NCBI GenBank assembly: GCA_963700145.1
Contig: OY969474.1
Coordinates: 5,216,001-5,280,000, forward strand
DNA length: 64,000 bases
Source of the DNA: an uncultured Acidobacteriota bacterium
GTDB lineage: Bacteria; Acidobacteriota; Thermoanaerobaculia; Multivoradales; UBA5704
Direction: 5' to 3'
The translations under genes were made by a program, and so were the position numbers. Below are positions 35,579-45,277 of the stretch, in pieces. Position 1 is the stretch's first letter. Each line of letters starts with the position of its first letter. Below the pieces are notes generated by a model. That model was not told where the DNA came from, did not search any database, and saw nothing but the letters and a program-made list of their open reading frames with translations.

Positions 35579-36727
35579 ATGGAAACGCCCTCTCTCCCTG
35601 CGGGTTTTCCGGAAAAGCTTGTCCCGTTGTTCCGCGAGCGCTTCGAGTTCCATCTGACCAACCCACTCGTAAGCCCGCATCAGTACCGACTGTTCAAGGA
35701 TTGCGAGCGGGCTCAGCGCGCTTTGTCGGCCGTCCGTGTCTATCTCGACACAAATCACTGGATACGGCTTCGCCAGGCGCATCGCGGCCTCGAATGCAAC
35801 GAGAACTATGTACGGCTTCTTGAACTCCTTCGGCGGCTGACCAAAGCGCGTACAGTTGTCGTCCCGGTCTCCGATCAGCTCATCACGGAACTCTGCCACC
35901 AAGCTGATCTTGCGACGCGCACAATCACCGCATCGCTCATTGACGAGTTGAGTGATGGCGTCACGATCGTGGGCTTCGATCGCCGCGCCGTACTCGAGGT
36001 GCTTGAATGGGCCCATGCCAGCCTCCACAAAGGAAATCCCCTCCCACTTCTGACGGTTTGGACGACCCTTCCGAACGCCCTTCAATCGCGCGAGTACCAC
36101 CTTGATGGCGCTGACCCGGCACTCTCAGCGGCGTTTACCAAGACCATCGAGGACATCAACACTGCCTTCCGTCTTAGCGACCTCGTCAAGAGTCTCGACA
36201 CTCTCACCTTTCGCGCGACCGACAGTCAAGCATTCGCACTCGCGCTCACCGCTAACAAGGAGAACGAACAGCAGGGCGGGCGACGGTTTGAAGACCTCTT
36301 CCACGAGGAGGCAGATCGCTACCTGACCATGATCGTGCCGAAGATGCCCCCGGAAGTGACTCTAGGGCTCGAGCGGCTTGTTGCCCACTGTAACGCAGCT
36401 GCCGCCGATCTTTCCGACAGCATTAGGATTGTGTTCTGGGCACAGCACCGCGGCGGCTTTCATCCCCGGTCACTCCCTGGCCTTCGCATCATTGCCGGCT
36501 GCGCCAGCAGGATCACGACAGAGCCGAGGCGCAAGTTCAAGCAAGGTGATCAGGGCGACATCTTTCACGCTTACGCGGCTCTTCCTTACTGCAATGTCTT
36601 TCTCACTGATGCCTCAACGCGGCACCTTGTAACCACGCCGCCAACCGATCTGGCCTCGCGATACAATTGCACGGTACTCGACGACCCCACTGAAGCGGCC
36701 GATCACCTTCAGCGGCTGGTCGCCTAG
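35579..36727 (+). CDS. hypothetical protein with PIN-like motifs
   Basis: VYLDTNHWI near the N-terminus and GDIFHAYAALPYCNVFLTD near the C-terminus. Confidence 0.65.
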   Translation: METPSLPAGFPEKLVPLFRERFEFHLTNPLVSPHQYRLFKDCERAQRALSAVRVYLDTNHWIRLRQAHRGLECNENYVRLLELLRRLTKARTVVVPVSDQLITELCHQADLATRTITASLIDELSDGVTIVGFDRRAVLEVLEWAHASLHKGNPLPLLTVWTTLPNALQSREYHLDGADPALSAAFTKTIEDINTAFRLSDLVKSLDTLTFRATDSQAFALALTANKENEQQGGRRFEDLFHEEADRYLTMIVPKMPPEVTLGLERLVAHCNAAAADLSDSIRIVFWAQHRGGFHPRSLPGLRIIAGCASRITTEPRRKFKQGDQGDIFHAYAALPYCNVFLTDASTRHLVTTPPTDLASRYNCTVLDDPTEAADHLQRLVA

Positions 36728-36762
36728 CTCATACGCCGTTATGCGATTTGAGGAGTCGGACT

Positions 36763-37167
36763 ATGAGAATCTGCTGCGGCATTGGAGAGGAGCAGGAGAG
36801 GGAAGTGGAGCGCATTGCGCGGCTCATGCTCGATGATTGGGTGCTTTTCTCACTTGACAACACCGACTATGGCTCCCGACAGGAGCACCTGGACCTCAAG
36901 CTCGGCGAATATGGAGCTTCACCCCTCGACGAGGAGGCACTCCCGCAGGTTCGCACTTGTTTGCTCTGGCACCTCGCGCATGTAGACGCGCACCTTGCCG
37001 ATTCGGATAAGGCTAGGCTGAGAGAGCTACGGGACGGGTCCGCCGCAACGACACCGTCTCGCCGGGTCGCGACGACTACTTCAGAAGACTTGAGAGGGAA
37101 GTGGAGAGGAGCTTCTCCGAGAAGCGACTCAGCAGCTTCCGCCGTCGGCGTCTTGCGAGCGAGCTAA
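36763..37167 (+). CDS. hypothetical gene-cassette protein
   Basis: GAGGAG SD just after a GTTATGC core site; followed by an attC-like site. Confidence 0.55.
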   Translation: MRICCGIGEEQEREVERIARLMLDDWVLFSLDNTDYGSRQEHLDLKLGEYGASPLDEEALPQVRTCLLWHLAHVDAHLADSDKARLRELRDGSAATTPSRRVATTTSEDLRGKWRGASPRSDSAASAVGVLRAS

Positions 37168-37200
37168 ATGCTCTTTTACTCGGCTTCCGCCGGTGAGGGC

Positions 37201-37260
37201 GCATAACACACACCTCCACCGGGCGGCTGGCGCCGCCGGTGAGGCGACGATGCGTTATGC
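37201..37260 (+). other. integron attC-like recombination site (59-base element)
   Basis: GCATAAC ... GTTATGC complementary ends 60 bp apart; inner CCTCCACCGG/CCGGTGAGG pairing with one extrahelical base. Confidence 0.75.
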
Positions 37261-37325
37261 GGCGCTCGGACCGACTTTAGAAGGTGGCAGTAAGGGTTTG
37301 TCGAGCAACGAGGTATTCTCAGTCC

Positions 37326-37541
37326 ATGAGCCCTGAACTGCTCGAACAGGCTCTTCGGCTGAGTGCTGACGATCGGTTGGAGCTCATTGAGGCGCTGTGG
37401 GGCACGCTCTCGGAGGAAGGGATACCGGTCACGGCCGAAGAGCGCGCCCTCCTCGATGCCCGGCTTGCTGATCTGGAGGCCAATCCAGACGATCAGAGCC
37501 CCTGGCCAGAGGTCCGCGCGCGCCTCGAGCACCGTCGTTGA
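37326..37541 (+). CDS. addiction-module antitoxin (TIGR02574-like)
   Basis: ALRLSADDRLELIEALWGTL...LDARL...PWPEVRARL. Confidence 0.85.
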   Translation: MSPELLEQALRLSADDRLELIEALWGTLSEEGIPVTAEERALLDARLADLEANPDDQSPWPEVRARLEHRR

Positions 37542-37612
37542 GCCTTTCCGTCTTGGTCCGTCCAGCCGCGCCACGGACCTGCTTTTCTGCGGCTTGCCTG
37601 AGGGAGGTCAGC

Positions 37613-38065
37613 ATGCGATCCGCTTCCCTAGTGGTTATCGCCAGCTTGCTGGCGCCGGTGAGCGCAGCGGCACAAACCACCTCGGTGTCGGCGGGTGACA
37701 CGGTCCGGATCTGGGCCTCACATCCAGAGCTTCGCGGTGCGCGGTCGGCTGTTCACGCCGTCACAGAGGATTCCTTGGACCTTGTGTTGCCCGCTGGCGG
37801 CGCCGCGGTCACTTCAGTGGCATGGGTTGACATCCGCCGACTGGAGGTGCAACGAGGACGGCATTCACGCTGGCGTAAGGCACTCCGGTGGGGCCTTGCG
37901 GTCGGGCTGGGAAGTGCGGTGGCGGCAGGGGGTCTCACGAATAACCCCAGTGATCGCGAATTGACGGTCCCCCTCGCGGGCTGGGCAGGCTTCGGGGTCG
38001 GTGCAACACTTGGCAGCCTTCGTGATCCTACGCGATGGGTTACGGTCCCGCTCCCTCGACCTTGA
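37613..38065 (+). CDS. hypothetical exported/membrane protein
   Basis: GGGAGG SD, signal peptide ending AAA-Q, Gly-rich hydrophobic segments. Confidence 0.6.
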   Translation: MRSASLVVIASLLAPVSAAAQTTSVSAGDTVRIWASHPELRGARSAVHAVTEDSLDLVLPAGGAAVTSVAWVDIRRLEVQRGRHSRWRKALRWGLAVGLGSAVAAGGLTNNPSDRELTVPLAGWAGFGVGATLGSLRDPTRWVTVPLPRP

Positions 38066-38084
38066 GCTTGGCACCGGCGTCCTA

Positions 38085-38157
38085 CTACTTCCCCTCCTCC
38101 AACTCCATCTTCAGGCGAAGGACTTGGGGAGGTCCTTGAGGCGCCGGCGGGGACGGT
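38085..38157 (-). repeat. degenerate copy of the 3' end of the site-2 protease gene (48084-48140 plus ~48234-48247)
   Basis: CTACTTCCCCTCCTCCAACTCCATCTTCAG... matches the gene end at 48084. Confidence 0.85.
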
Positions 38158-38188
38158 CCTCAAGAGCTAACATAGGGCCTGCGGAAGC

Positions 38189-38425
38189 ATGCCTACCGTC
38201 CTGAGAGTCGGTCCCTACCGCCTCTTCTTCGTCTCACAGGACCGTGGGGAGCCTCCGCATGTGCACGTGCGGCGGGAGAACAAGGTGGCGAAGCTCTGGT
38301 TGGATCCGCTCGCCCTGCAGAGCGCGGGCGGCTACAGCCGCTCGGAGCTCAACACGATCGCCGCGATGGTGCAGGAACACCGCGAGGAGCTACTGGAGAG
38401 CTGGTATGAATTCTTTGGTCGTTGA
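38189..38425 (+). CDS. DUF4160-family protein (putative TA component)
   Basis: MPTVLRVGPYRLFF...EPPHVHV...AKLWL...WYEFFG. Confidence 0.88.
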   Translation: MPTVLRVGPYRLFFVSQDRGEPPHVHVRRENKVAKLWLDPLALQSAGGYSRSELNTIAAMVQEHREELLESWYEFFGR

Positions 38426-38723
38426 GGCCCAAGAGCCCCGCGCGAGGGACATCGCCGTCGGCGACGACAGCTTGATGGTGCACCTCGTGGACGGGCGGAC
38501 GCTGATCGTCCCTCTTCTCTGGTTCCCGCGCCTGTGGCACGGCACCGACGCCGAGCGCAAGAACTTCGAGACCTTCGGTGACGGAGCGTTCATCCACTGG
38601 CCGGACTTGGATGAGGACCTGAGCGTCGCCGACCTCGTGGCAGGCGTGCGCAGCGGCGAGACCCCCGAGTCGCTACGGAAGTGGCTCGATCGGCGGGCGG
38701 CTCAGAGCGGGCGAAGCGAGTAG
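38406..38723 (+). CDS. DUF2442-family protein (putative TA component)
   Basis: LVDGRTLIVPLLWFPRL...IHWPDLDEDLSV. Confidence 0.88.
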   Translation: MNSLVVEAQEPRARDIAVGDDSLMVHLVDGRTLIVPLLWFPRLWHGTDAERKNFETFGDGAFIHWPDLDEDLSVADLVAGVRSGETPESLRKWLDRRAAQSGRSE

Positions 38724-38734
38724 TCCAGCGCCCT

Positions 38735-38783
38735 ACGGCCAAGTCTTGCGCGGCGTGCGCATCACGAACCCCTTCACTGCTCA
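38735..38783 (+). repeat. degenerate copy of the vapC 3' end (33867-33915)
   Basis: ACGGCCAAGTCTTGCGCGGCGTGCGCATCACGAACCCCTTCAC. Confidence 0.85.
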
Positions 38784-38809
38784 GCGGCCCGCACCCGGAG
38801 GGCGCCCTG

Positions 38810-40084
38810 ATGTTGCCACTTGACGCGCGAGTCTTGGCCGGAGTGACGTTGCTGGCCGTCGTCGCGATCATCGGTAGCTGCGCCAGGGGCGAGGCCCCGA
38901 CCCCTGCCACGACGCTCGTCGTGGCCGATCGGGTCGATCATCTCGACGTCCTCGCCCGCGAGCCCATGGTGGTCGAGCATCCCGACGGCACGCTGTTCGT
39001 GAGCGGCTACGGGGAATCGGTGCCGACGCTCTGGAAGAGCCGCGACCGTGGCGCCACTTGGACGCGCGTCGACGTCGGCACCGAGGCGAACGGGGCCATC
39101 GGCAACTCCGACGTGGAGCTGGCGGTGGCTCGCGACGGGACCGTCTATTTCGCCACGATGGTTTTCGACCGCGAGAAAGGTGAGGGCAGGAGGATCAGCA
39201 TCGGCGTCAGCAAGGACGTGGGCGCGACGTGGTCGTGGACGCCGCTCTCCGCAACGCGGTTCGACGATCGGCCGTGGGTCGAAGTGTCGGCGGGCGGAAC
39301 GGTCCACGTCATCTGGAACGACGGCGGCGGCGTCTGCCACGCCGTCAGCGAGGACGGCGGCAACACCTGGAAGGAGCGGCCCAGGATTCATCCACAGGGT
39401 GGATCGAGCCACCTCGCCGTGGGCCCGAACCGCGAGCTGGCGGTGCGTGTGACGCCGTTGTCGGCGTCGGGCAACAGGTTCGACGAGGGCGTCGATCTCG
39501 TTGCTGTCAGCGTCGACGGCGGCGCGACATGGCAGAAGCACGTGGCACCAGGGCGGCGCGAGTGGAGCCCGCTGTTCGACACGACGGTTACGCCGCCGCG
39601 TTTCATCGAACCGCTGCTGCCGCGATGGGTGGAGCCGCTGGCGTGGGACGGCCAAGGCGCCCTCTATTCCTTCTGGACGAACCGCGAGGGGCTCTGGCTG
39701 GCGCGCTCGGCCGATCGCGGTTCGACGTGGAAGACTTGGCGCCTCGCCGCGAGCCGCGACGTCCTCTACTTCCCTTATCTCGTGGCGCGCGACCGAGGAG
39801 ATCTGGCCGCGACGTGGTTTTCGGGTCAGAGCGAGGCGCTCCAGGCGCATGTCGCCAGGTTGGAGGTCGGTGACCCGGACGCGCCGCCGCGGATGATCGA
39901 GTCGGCGCCGTTCCGGATCGACACTTGGATCGCCCCTCCGGAAGAGCCGCCCGTTCGAGACACTGGCGGCGAATACCTCGCGATGGCGTTTCTCCGCGAT
40001 GGCGGATTGGCGGTGGTCAGCCCCATCCAGAACAAGGGCGCCCAGCGCTTCGGGTTTTCGTGGCGGAGGATCGAGGCGCGTTGA
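38810..40084 (+). CDS. BNR/Asp-box repeat (sialidase-like beta-propeller) exported protein
   Basis: Repeated S-x-D-x-G-x-T-W boxes; signal peptide or lipobox IGSC. Confidence 0.8.
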   Translation: MLPLDARVLAGVTLLAVVAIIGSCARGEAPTPATTLVVADRVDHLDVLAREPMVVEHPDGTLFVSGYGESVPTLWKSRDRGATWTRVDVGTEANGAIGNSDVELAVARDGTVYFATMVFDREKGEGRRISIGVSKDVGATWSWTPLSATRFDDRPWVEVSAGGTVHVIWNDGGGVCHAVSEDGGNTWKERPRIHPQGGSSHLAVGPNRELAVRVTPLSASGNRFDEGVDLVAVSVDGGATWQKHVAPGRREWSPLFDTTVTPPRFIEPLLPRWVEPLAWDGQGALYSFWTNREGLWLARSADRGSTWKTWRLAASRDVLYFPYLVARDRGDLAATWFSGQSEALQAHVARLEVGDPDAPPRMIESAPFRIDTWIAPPEEPPVRDTGGEYLAMAFLRDGGLAVVSPIQNKGAQRFGFSWRRIEAR

Positions 40085-40085
40085 C

Positions 40086-41936
40086 TCAGGGCGGGCAGAC
40101 CACGCCCGCCGGCCGGACGAAGCGCACCTCGGACACCTGGTCGCCGTCGAGGCCAAGGGACAGCTCCAGGGGGCCGCGGTCGCAGTCCAGCTTCACGACG
40201 GTCCGGGTGGTTCCGTCGCCCTCCAGCGGCTCATCGGCCCGGCAGGTCCCGTACTGCAGGCGCACATCCGCGAGGAGGGCGCCGAGGGCGGCCCTGTCCA
40301 GGCTCGGCGCCGGACGGAGGTCTTGGCTGCCGCGCACCACGGCCCCCAGCACCGCGTCCACCGCGCGGCTCATCCCCTCTGAGAGGGGCCGGCCGCCGGT
40401 GACGGACAGCGCCTGCACTTTGGGCGGCCGCGTGGGAGCGAGGGTGAGCGTGGCGTCGAGCCACCCCTTGTCACAGCTCATCCGGAAACGGCCGCGCAGA
40501 GCGTTCTCCGCCTTGACATCACCCATGCGGCACGCTCCCAGCCCGTCGCGGAGCTTCGCGATCTCCTCCTTGCGCTCCTGCAGGGACCGATCGAGGAAGA
40601 GGTTCTCGGCGGCCAGCGCCTGCGCCCGGGCGTCGTCCCAGACGTCGAGGAGGCGCGCGGTCTTCTCGATCGCCTGGAGCAGGGCCGGCGCCGGGACGGG
40701 GCGGCGGGGCTCGAGGGCGCCGGTGTCGGCGAGGATGGCCAGCATGTCGCGGGTGAGGAGCCCGGCAGGAGCGTAGGTCGCGTTCGCCATCGCGAACACG
40801 CCGACGCCGTGCTCGGGGAGCCAGCGCATGTCGGAGCCGAATCCGGGCAGGCCGCCGGAGTGGCTGACCGCTTTACGGAAGCGACAGTCTCCGGTGGAGA
40901 TCAGGCCGAACGCGTAGCTCGCGAAACGGACGGTCAGCGGCGCGCCAGGCGCGGTGCGGTTCACGAAGAGCGCGGGAAAGGCGGCGCCCTGCTGCATCTC
41001 CCGCAGGGTGCGGCGTAGGACCGGCGGCCTCTCCGGGTCGTCGCGCGGCGGCCAGGCGGAGAGCATCAGCGCCACCCAGCGGCCCAGGTCGCGGGCCGAG
41101 GTGAGCAAGCCGCCGATGGCGCCGAAGGCCCCGTCGCCGAGCGGTACCTCGGCCGCAAATTCCTTGTCCTGCCGCCGATAGCCGCCGGCAAGGCGCTCGC
41201 GGGGCACCTCCCGAGGATCCCAAAAGGTCGAGGTCATCCCCAGCGGTTTCAGGATCTCGCGATCGACGTAGTCCTGATACCGCATCCCGGAAGCGCGGGA
41301 CACGACGCGGCCCAGGATCGCGAAGCCGTAGTTCGAGTACTCGAAGGCGGTGCCGGGCGCCGTCGAGAACGGGAGCCCCCGGCGCAGCCAGGCGGAGAGC
41401 TCCTCCTCCGAAACGGCGAGCTGCCGGTCGCCCCAGGGGTTGTCCTCGGGAAAGCCGGCGGTGTGGCTCAAGAGCTGGCGGATGGTCACCGGCCCCGAGT
41501 CCTCCGTCGGCGGCGGGGGAGCGGCAAGCTCGGGGACGTGGCGGGCCACCGGGTCGTCGAGGGCGAGCTTGGCCTCGTCGCGCAGCTTGAGGACGGCGAG
41601 CGCGATGAAGCTCTTCGTCATCGAGGCGATGCGGAACACGGTGTCGGCATCGACGGGCGCCTTCGTCCCGATGTCGCGGTGTCCCAGGCCGCCGACCAGC
41701 ACGAGCTCGCCGTCGACGATCACTCCGTAGGCCAGGCCGGGGAGGCGCAGCTCCCGCATCTCCTCCGCCAGCTTCGCCTCGATCACCGGGAAGGCCCGGA
41801 CGAGCTTCTCGCGCCGTGCCGGGTCGGCGAAGCGGGCCGCGGGCACGTCCTCGCCCGCCCGGGTGCCAGCCGCGCTCACCAAGAAGAGGACGGCAAGAGC
41901 GCCGGCGCGCCGGCGGCAGGCACATTCATTTTTCAT
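40086..41936 (-). CDS. serine hydrolase, beta-lactamase/penicillin-binding family
   Basis: FRIASMTK, LLSHTAG, YSN and HSGG motifs; signal peptide. Confidence 0.88.
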   Translation of the reverse strand: MKNECACRRRAGALAVLFLVSAAGTRAGEDVPAARFADPARREKLVRAFPVIEAKLAEEMRELRLPGLAYGVIVDGELVLVGGLGHRDIGTKAPVDADTVFRIASMTKSFIALAVLKLRDEAKLALDDPVARHVPELAAPPPPTEDSGPVTIRQLLSHTAGFPEDNPWGDRQLAVSEEELSAWLRRGLPFSTAPGTAFEYSNYGFAILGRVVSRASGMRYQDYVDREILKPLGMTSTFWDPREVPRERLAGGYRRQDKEFAAEVPLGDGAFGAIGGLLTSARDLGRWVALMLSAWPPRDDPERPPVLRRTLREMQQGAAFPALFVNRTAPGAPLTVRFASYAFGLISTGDCRFRKAVSHSGGLPGFGSDMRWLPEHGVGVFAMANATYAPAGLLTRDMLAILADTGALEPRRPVPAPALLQAIEKTARLLDVWDDARAQALAAENLFLDRSLQERKEEIAKLRDGLGACRMGDVKAENALRGRFRMSCDKGWLDATLTLAPTRPPKVQALSVTGGRPLSEGMSRAVDAVLGAVVRGSQDLRPAPSLDRAALGALLADVRLQYGTCRADEPLEGDGTTRTVVKLDCDRGPLELSLGLDGDQVSEVRFVRPAGVVCPP

Positions 41937-42021
41937 TTACGTGCGATCTGCCGCGGAGCGTAGCATGGCGAGTCGGAAGTCCGCGCGCCTCGAACGCCGT
42001 CGCTGAGCTGAGTGGCGCTCC

Positions 42022-42074
42022 CTACTTCCCCTCCCCAACTTCATCTTTAGCGCGAAGAACTTGAGGAGGTCTTT
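42022..42074 (-). repeat. second degenerate copy of the site-2 protease 3' end
   Basis: CTACTTCCCCTCCCCAACTTCATCTTTAGCGCGAAGAACTTGAGGAGGTCTTT. Confidence 0.88.
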
Positions 42075-42345
42075 CTCGTCCGCGAGGCGATCCTCCTCTC
42101 ACGCGTCGCCGTGCTCTCTTCTGGGAAGCCCTCACCGTCGCCGTCGCCCGCAGCGGCGCGGACCCTCTACGCCGAAGAACTCAACGACGGCCAAGTCCTC
42201 CGCGGCGTGCGCATCACGAACCCCTTCACCGCTATCTCGGGCGCCTAAGAACTCTTCGTTCTCGACCCCCGACAACCTGCGCCCGCGAGATCGCCTCGGT
42301 GGCGCGGTCTGACGGTGCACCTCCGTAGACGGCCGAACGCTAACC
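42074..42345 (+). pseudogene. degenerate copy of the vapC 3' half plus downstream ~95 bp (33748-34029)
   Basis: Colinear match with indels from TCTCGTCCGCGA to GGCCGAACGCTAACC. Confidence 0.9.
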
Positions 42346-42529
42346 TGTCGACTACGATGCTACAAAATCTCTGGGCTAGCCATGGATCTGTTTGAGGCCG
42401 AGCAACATTACCACTGTACCACGGAATGGCTCGGACTACCGACACCCTGCACCTCAAGTAAAGGCAATAGGGGGCGCGTCGTCTCCTCCGCGCTTCATAC
42501 CATCGGTCACCTCGCCCGCCCCAGACTGC

Positions 42530-45277
42530 TCAGAGTATTACTCCGCGCGCCATGAAGACGCCTACCATGCCAGGCATGTACTCCTCGACTTCACCGATCT
42601 TCTTAAACCCAATGTCTTCGAAGTAGCCCCGCAAGCCTCCTTGAGTCACGATTTGCAACTGCCGAATTCCTTGGGTCTCGGACCAGTTTACGACCTCCGA
42701 TATAAGACGTCTACCGATACCCCTTCCGCGAAACGCTGGTAGAACTCCAAGGAACCAAATAAAAGCAGATCGTCCATCGACCTCGTGCTGAGCCTCGATA
42801 GGTGAAATGTCGCGGAAACCGAGCACGCGGTCACGACTCCATCGGATAAACTCAACATACCCTACGACCTCCCCTCCAATACGGGCGACGCGGACTCCTT
42901 CAGGAAAAACGGCCAAACGGCTCCTTAAGTCCTCCAATTTGGCCGCAACTCGGACACTAAGGAGCGATTCCATGCCTGCCATCCCTAAAAGATCCTCGTC
43001 TCTCGCCGGATCCACAACGACCATGTCACGTAGCCGCCTCCGCTCAGTTGCGGCTGGATCTACCGAAAACCTAAGCCCTAGGGCCTCGTCCTCCTCATCA
43101 ACCTCGCGTTCGACAGAATAGAGATATCGTCGCTCGAGAGGTTCCTCAGTCCGTCCTTCGCTCATCATCGCTAGAGCTCCGGCCCTCACTATAAAGGGGT
43201 CGAGTGCAAACGCCCGTCCTGGCAGCGCAACGGTGATTGTCACAAGCGCCCCGGCGGACAGTACGGGATTGAGGCGAAACAACTCGAAGCCGCGCAGTAA
43301 GTCGATACAATTTTGCCTTCGAAAGCTCAAGCGAAGTTTGACTTCCTCCCCTGTTGCTCGTCGTGAACCTAGGCTGAGCCGGCATAACCAGCAATTCTGA
43401 CCCATGTCCGCAAGGTCGGCCGGCAGCGCGGACTTTCGCACTTCATCGTAGCAGCGAAGCGCGAGCTCGCCGATACTAAGGGGTTGACCAGGAGCGCCGA
43501 CGTGAAAATAGAGGTGATCAATTCCGTCAGGTGCTACAACTACTCCATCTAATGCATAGAGTCCGTAATATGTGCCTTCAGAGTCGATTATACTTGTAAA
43601 CTTCCCGCGCGTGACAGAGACATTTTCTGTCCGCAGGCGGGTTAAGTGATCGCAACCCTCGAACAGCACAGCACTCATTGCTCCCGTGTCGAGGTCCCGA
43701 AATCTCTCGGCAATCGCCGAACCTATCGGTCCCAGCGAGCGGGGTTTGCGCGCCCTTGGCGCCTCGGCACTAAGTCGGCTCTCTGCTCTTTGTGCAATCG
43801 CAAAAAACCCAGCGAACCTATTCAAATAGAGCACGAGACCATAATCACTAGACCATGGCTTAACAAAGAATGTAGGGGCAACAGAGCGCCCAACTTCTCT
43901 CTCTAGATCCGTCCAATAAGCGTCCCATTGCTGCGGGCGTTCTCGGTTCAGTTCATATAGTTTTTCCAGTCGCTCCTTGAAAAGTTCTCTAACGAACACT
44001 CCCGGCAGAGTCGCACGCTCAAACGATTGTTCGTCGCGCAGGGAGCCGATCAAGTGAGCGCTCGAAAGGTCCGCTTCATTTGCAAATACAAAGAGCCCAC
44101 TTGCATTGAGCTGTTCTGTGGCGAGAAGGCTACGCCCCACAGCTCTTGCGAGCGCCACTGCGCGCGGCGTCGCGGACAGCATGCGGCGATACACACGCGC
44201 TAGCTCTTGGGTGTCGAAGAATACAAGCCCTAGCCCATGGAAAGCTGGCGCGCGTATCTTCTGGCCGTGAAAGGCGGCGAATTGCACAAGTTCTCCTGCC
44301 ACAGAGTCACGGCTGCCGTATATAAAGGTCAAGCCGGGAATAAGGACTTCGCCGTCGCGGGAGCTTCCGACCGGTGGGACGACTTCCAAAGCGTCGCGCA
44401 GCGTCTCCTGCAGAAGTCGTGAGTGCCGTCCAAGCATTCGCGACCATGCCCATGGAAACAGGGTTTTCGCCCAGCCCGAGCCGAGCAGAGGAGCGCCCAC
44501 AATCCCGACGTGATGGAGGCCATGGTTAACACTACTGAGATGCTGCTTGAGCAGTTCGGGCAGGATTTTGAGCGCGATAATTCCTCCAAGACTATGGCCA
44601 ATTAAGATCGTGGTGCCGGGGAAATCCGCAATAAGAGAGCCGATTTTGCTCGCGATGTCGCGCGCGATCTGGTCAAACTCGCCGCGCGACGTCAAAAGGC
44701 CATGGCCATAAGTTAGGCTGCGAATACAACTGACGTTGGGCTCGCGAAGCAATACGACCGGTAGAAAGCCCCAAGCGGCAGCACCGTTGCTGAACAGGCC
44801 GTGGAGTAGGATGACTTGCTGTTGCGGTTGCGGCAATCGCGCCGCTGCGTCTCGGGTTCTAATCGAAAGCAACTCGACGCCCGGTAGGGTAGCATCAGAG
44901 CCTTCTACAGAAATAATGTAGTCTTGTCTGAGTTCGCTGCGGTTTGGCCAGCTGATTCGGAACCGAAGCTTCGCTACGACAGCATAGGCGCAGGCTTGCC
45001 AAGCCAGCAAAAGCAGGAGCAAGAACAACAGGCGCACAGGCAGCAGTTGTACTTCTGAAGCTCCCCCTGCTCGAAGGAAGGCGATAGCGCAGGAATAAAA
45101 CCCCGCGAGCACGAGAACGGTAAGCGTCGCGAGCGCGCCACCGATCATGAGCTGCTGGATACCACGTAGGGTAGCGCGGCTCTGGAGGCGCTTCGCGAGA
45201 CGCGCAAGTGCTTCCGCCGTGATTGCTTCTTTCTCAACAGGTTGTCTGTGGGCATATGCCCAAGCGAGCGCCGCTAG
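42530..45277 (-). pseudogene. 3' part of IS-interrupted gene: TM helices, alpha/beta hydrolase, unknown domain, GNAT (intact 872-aa ORF from 45148)
   Basis: LLHGL and GHSLGG lipase motifs; C-terminal FLGVLPAFRGRGIGRRL...YFEDIGF GNAT motif; frame open up to the IS junction. Confidence 0.75.

Noticed and set aside
40086-41936. Antibiotic-resistance beta-lactamase
   Set aside because: SxxK/YxN motifs are shared by many esterases and peptidases; the length and C-terminal extension fit a generic serine hydrolase.
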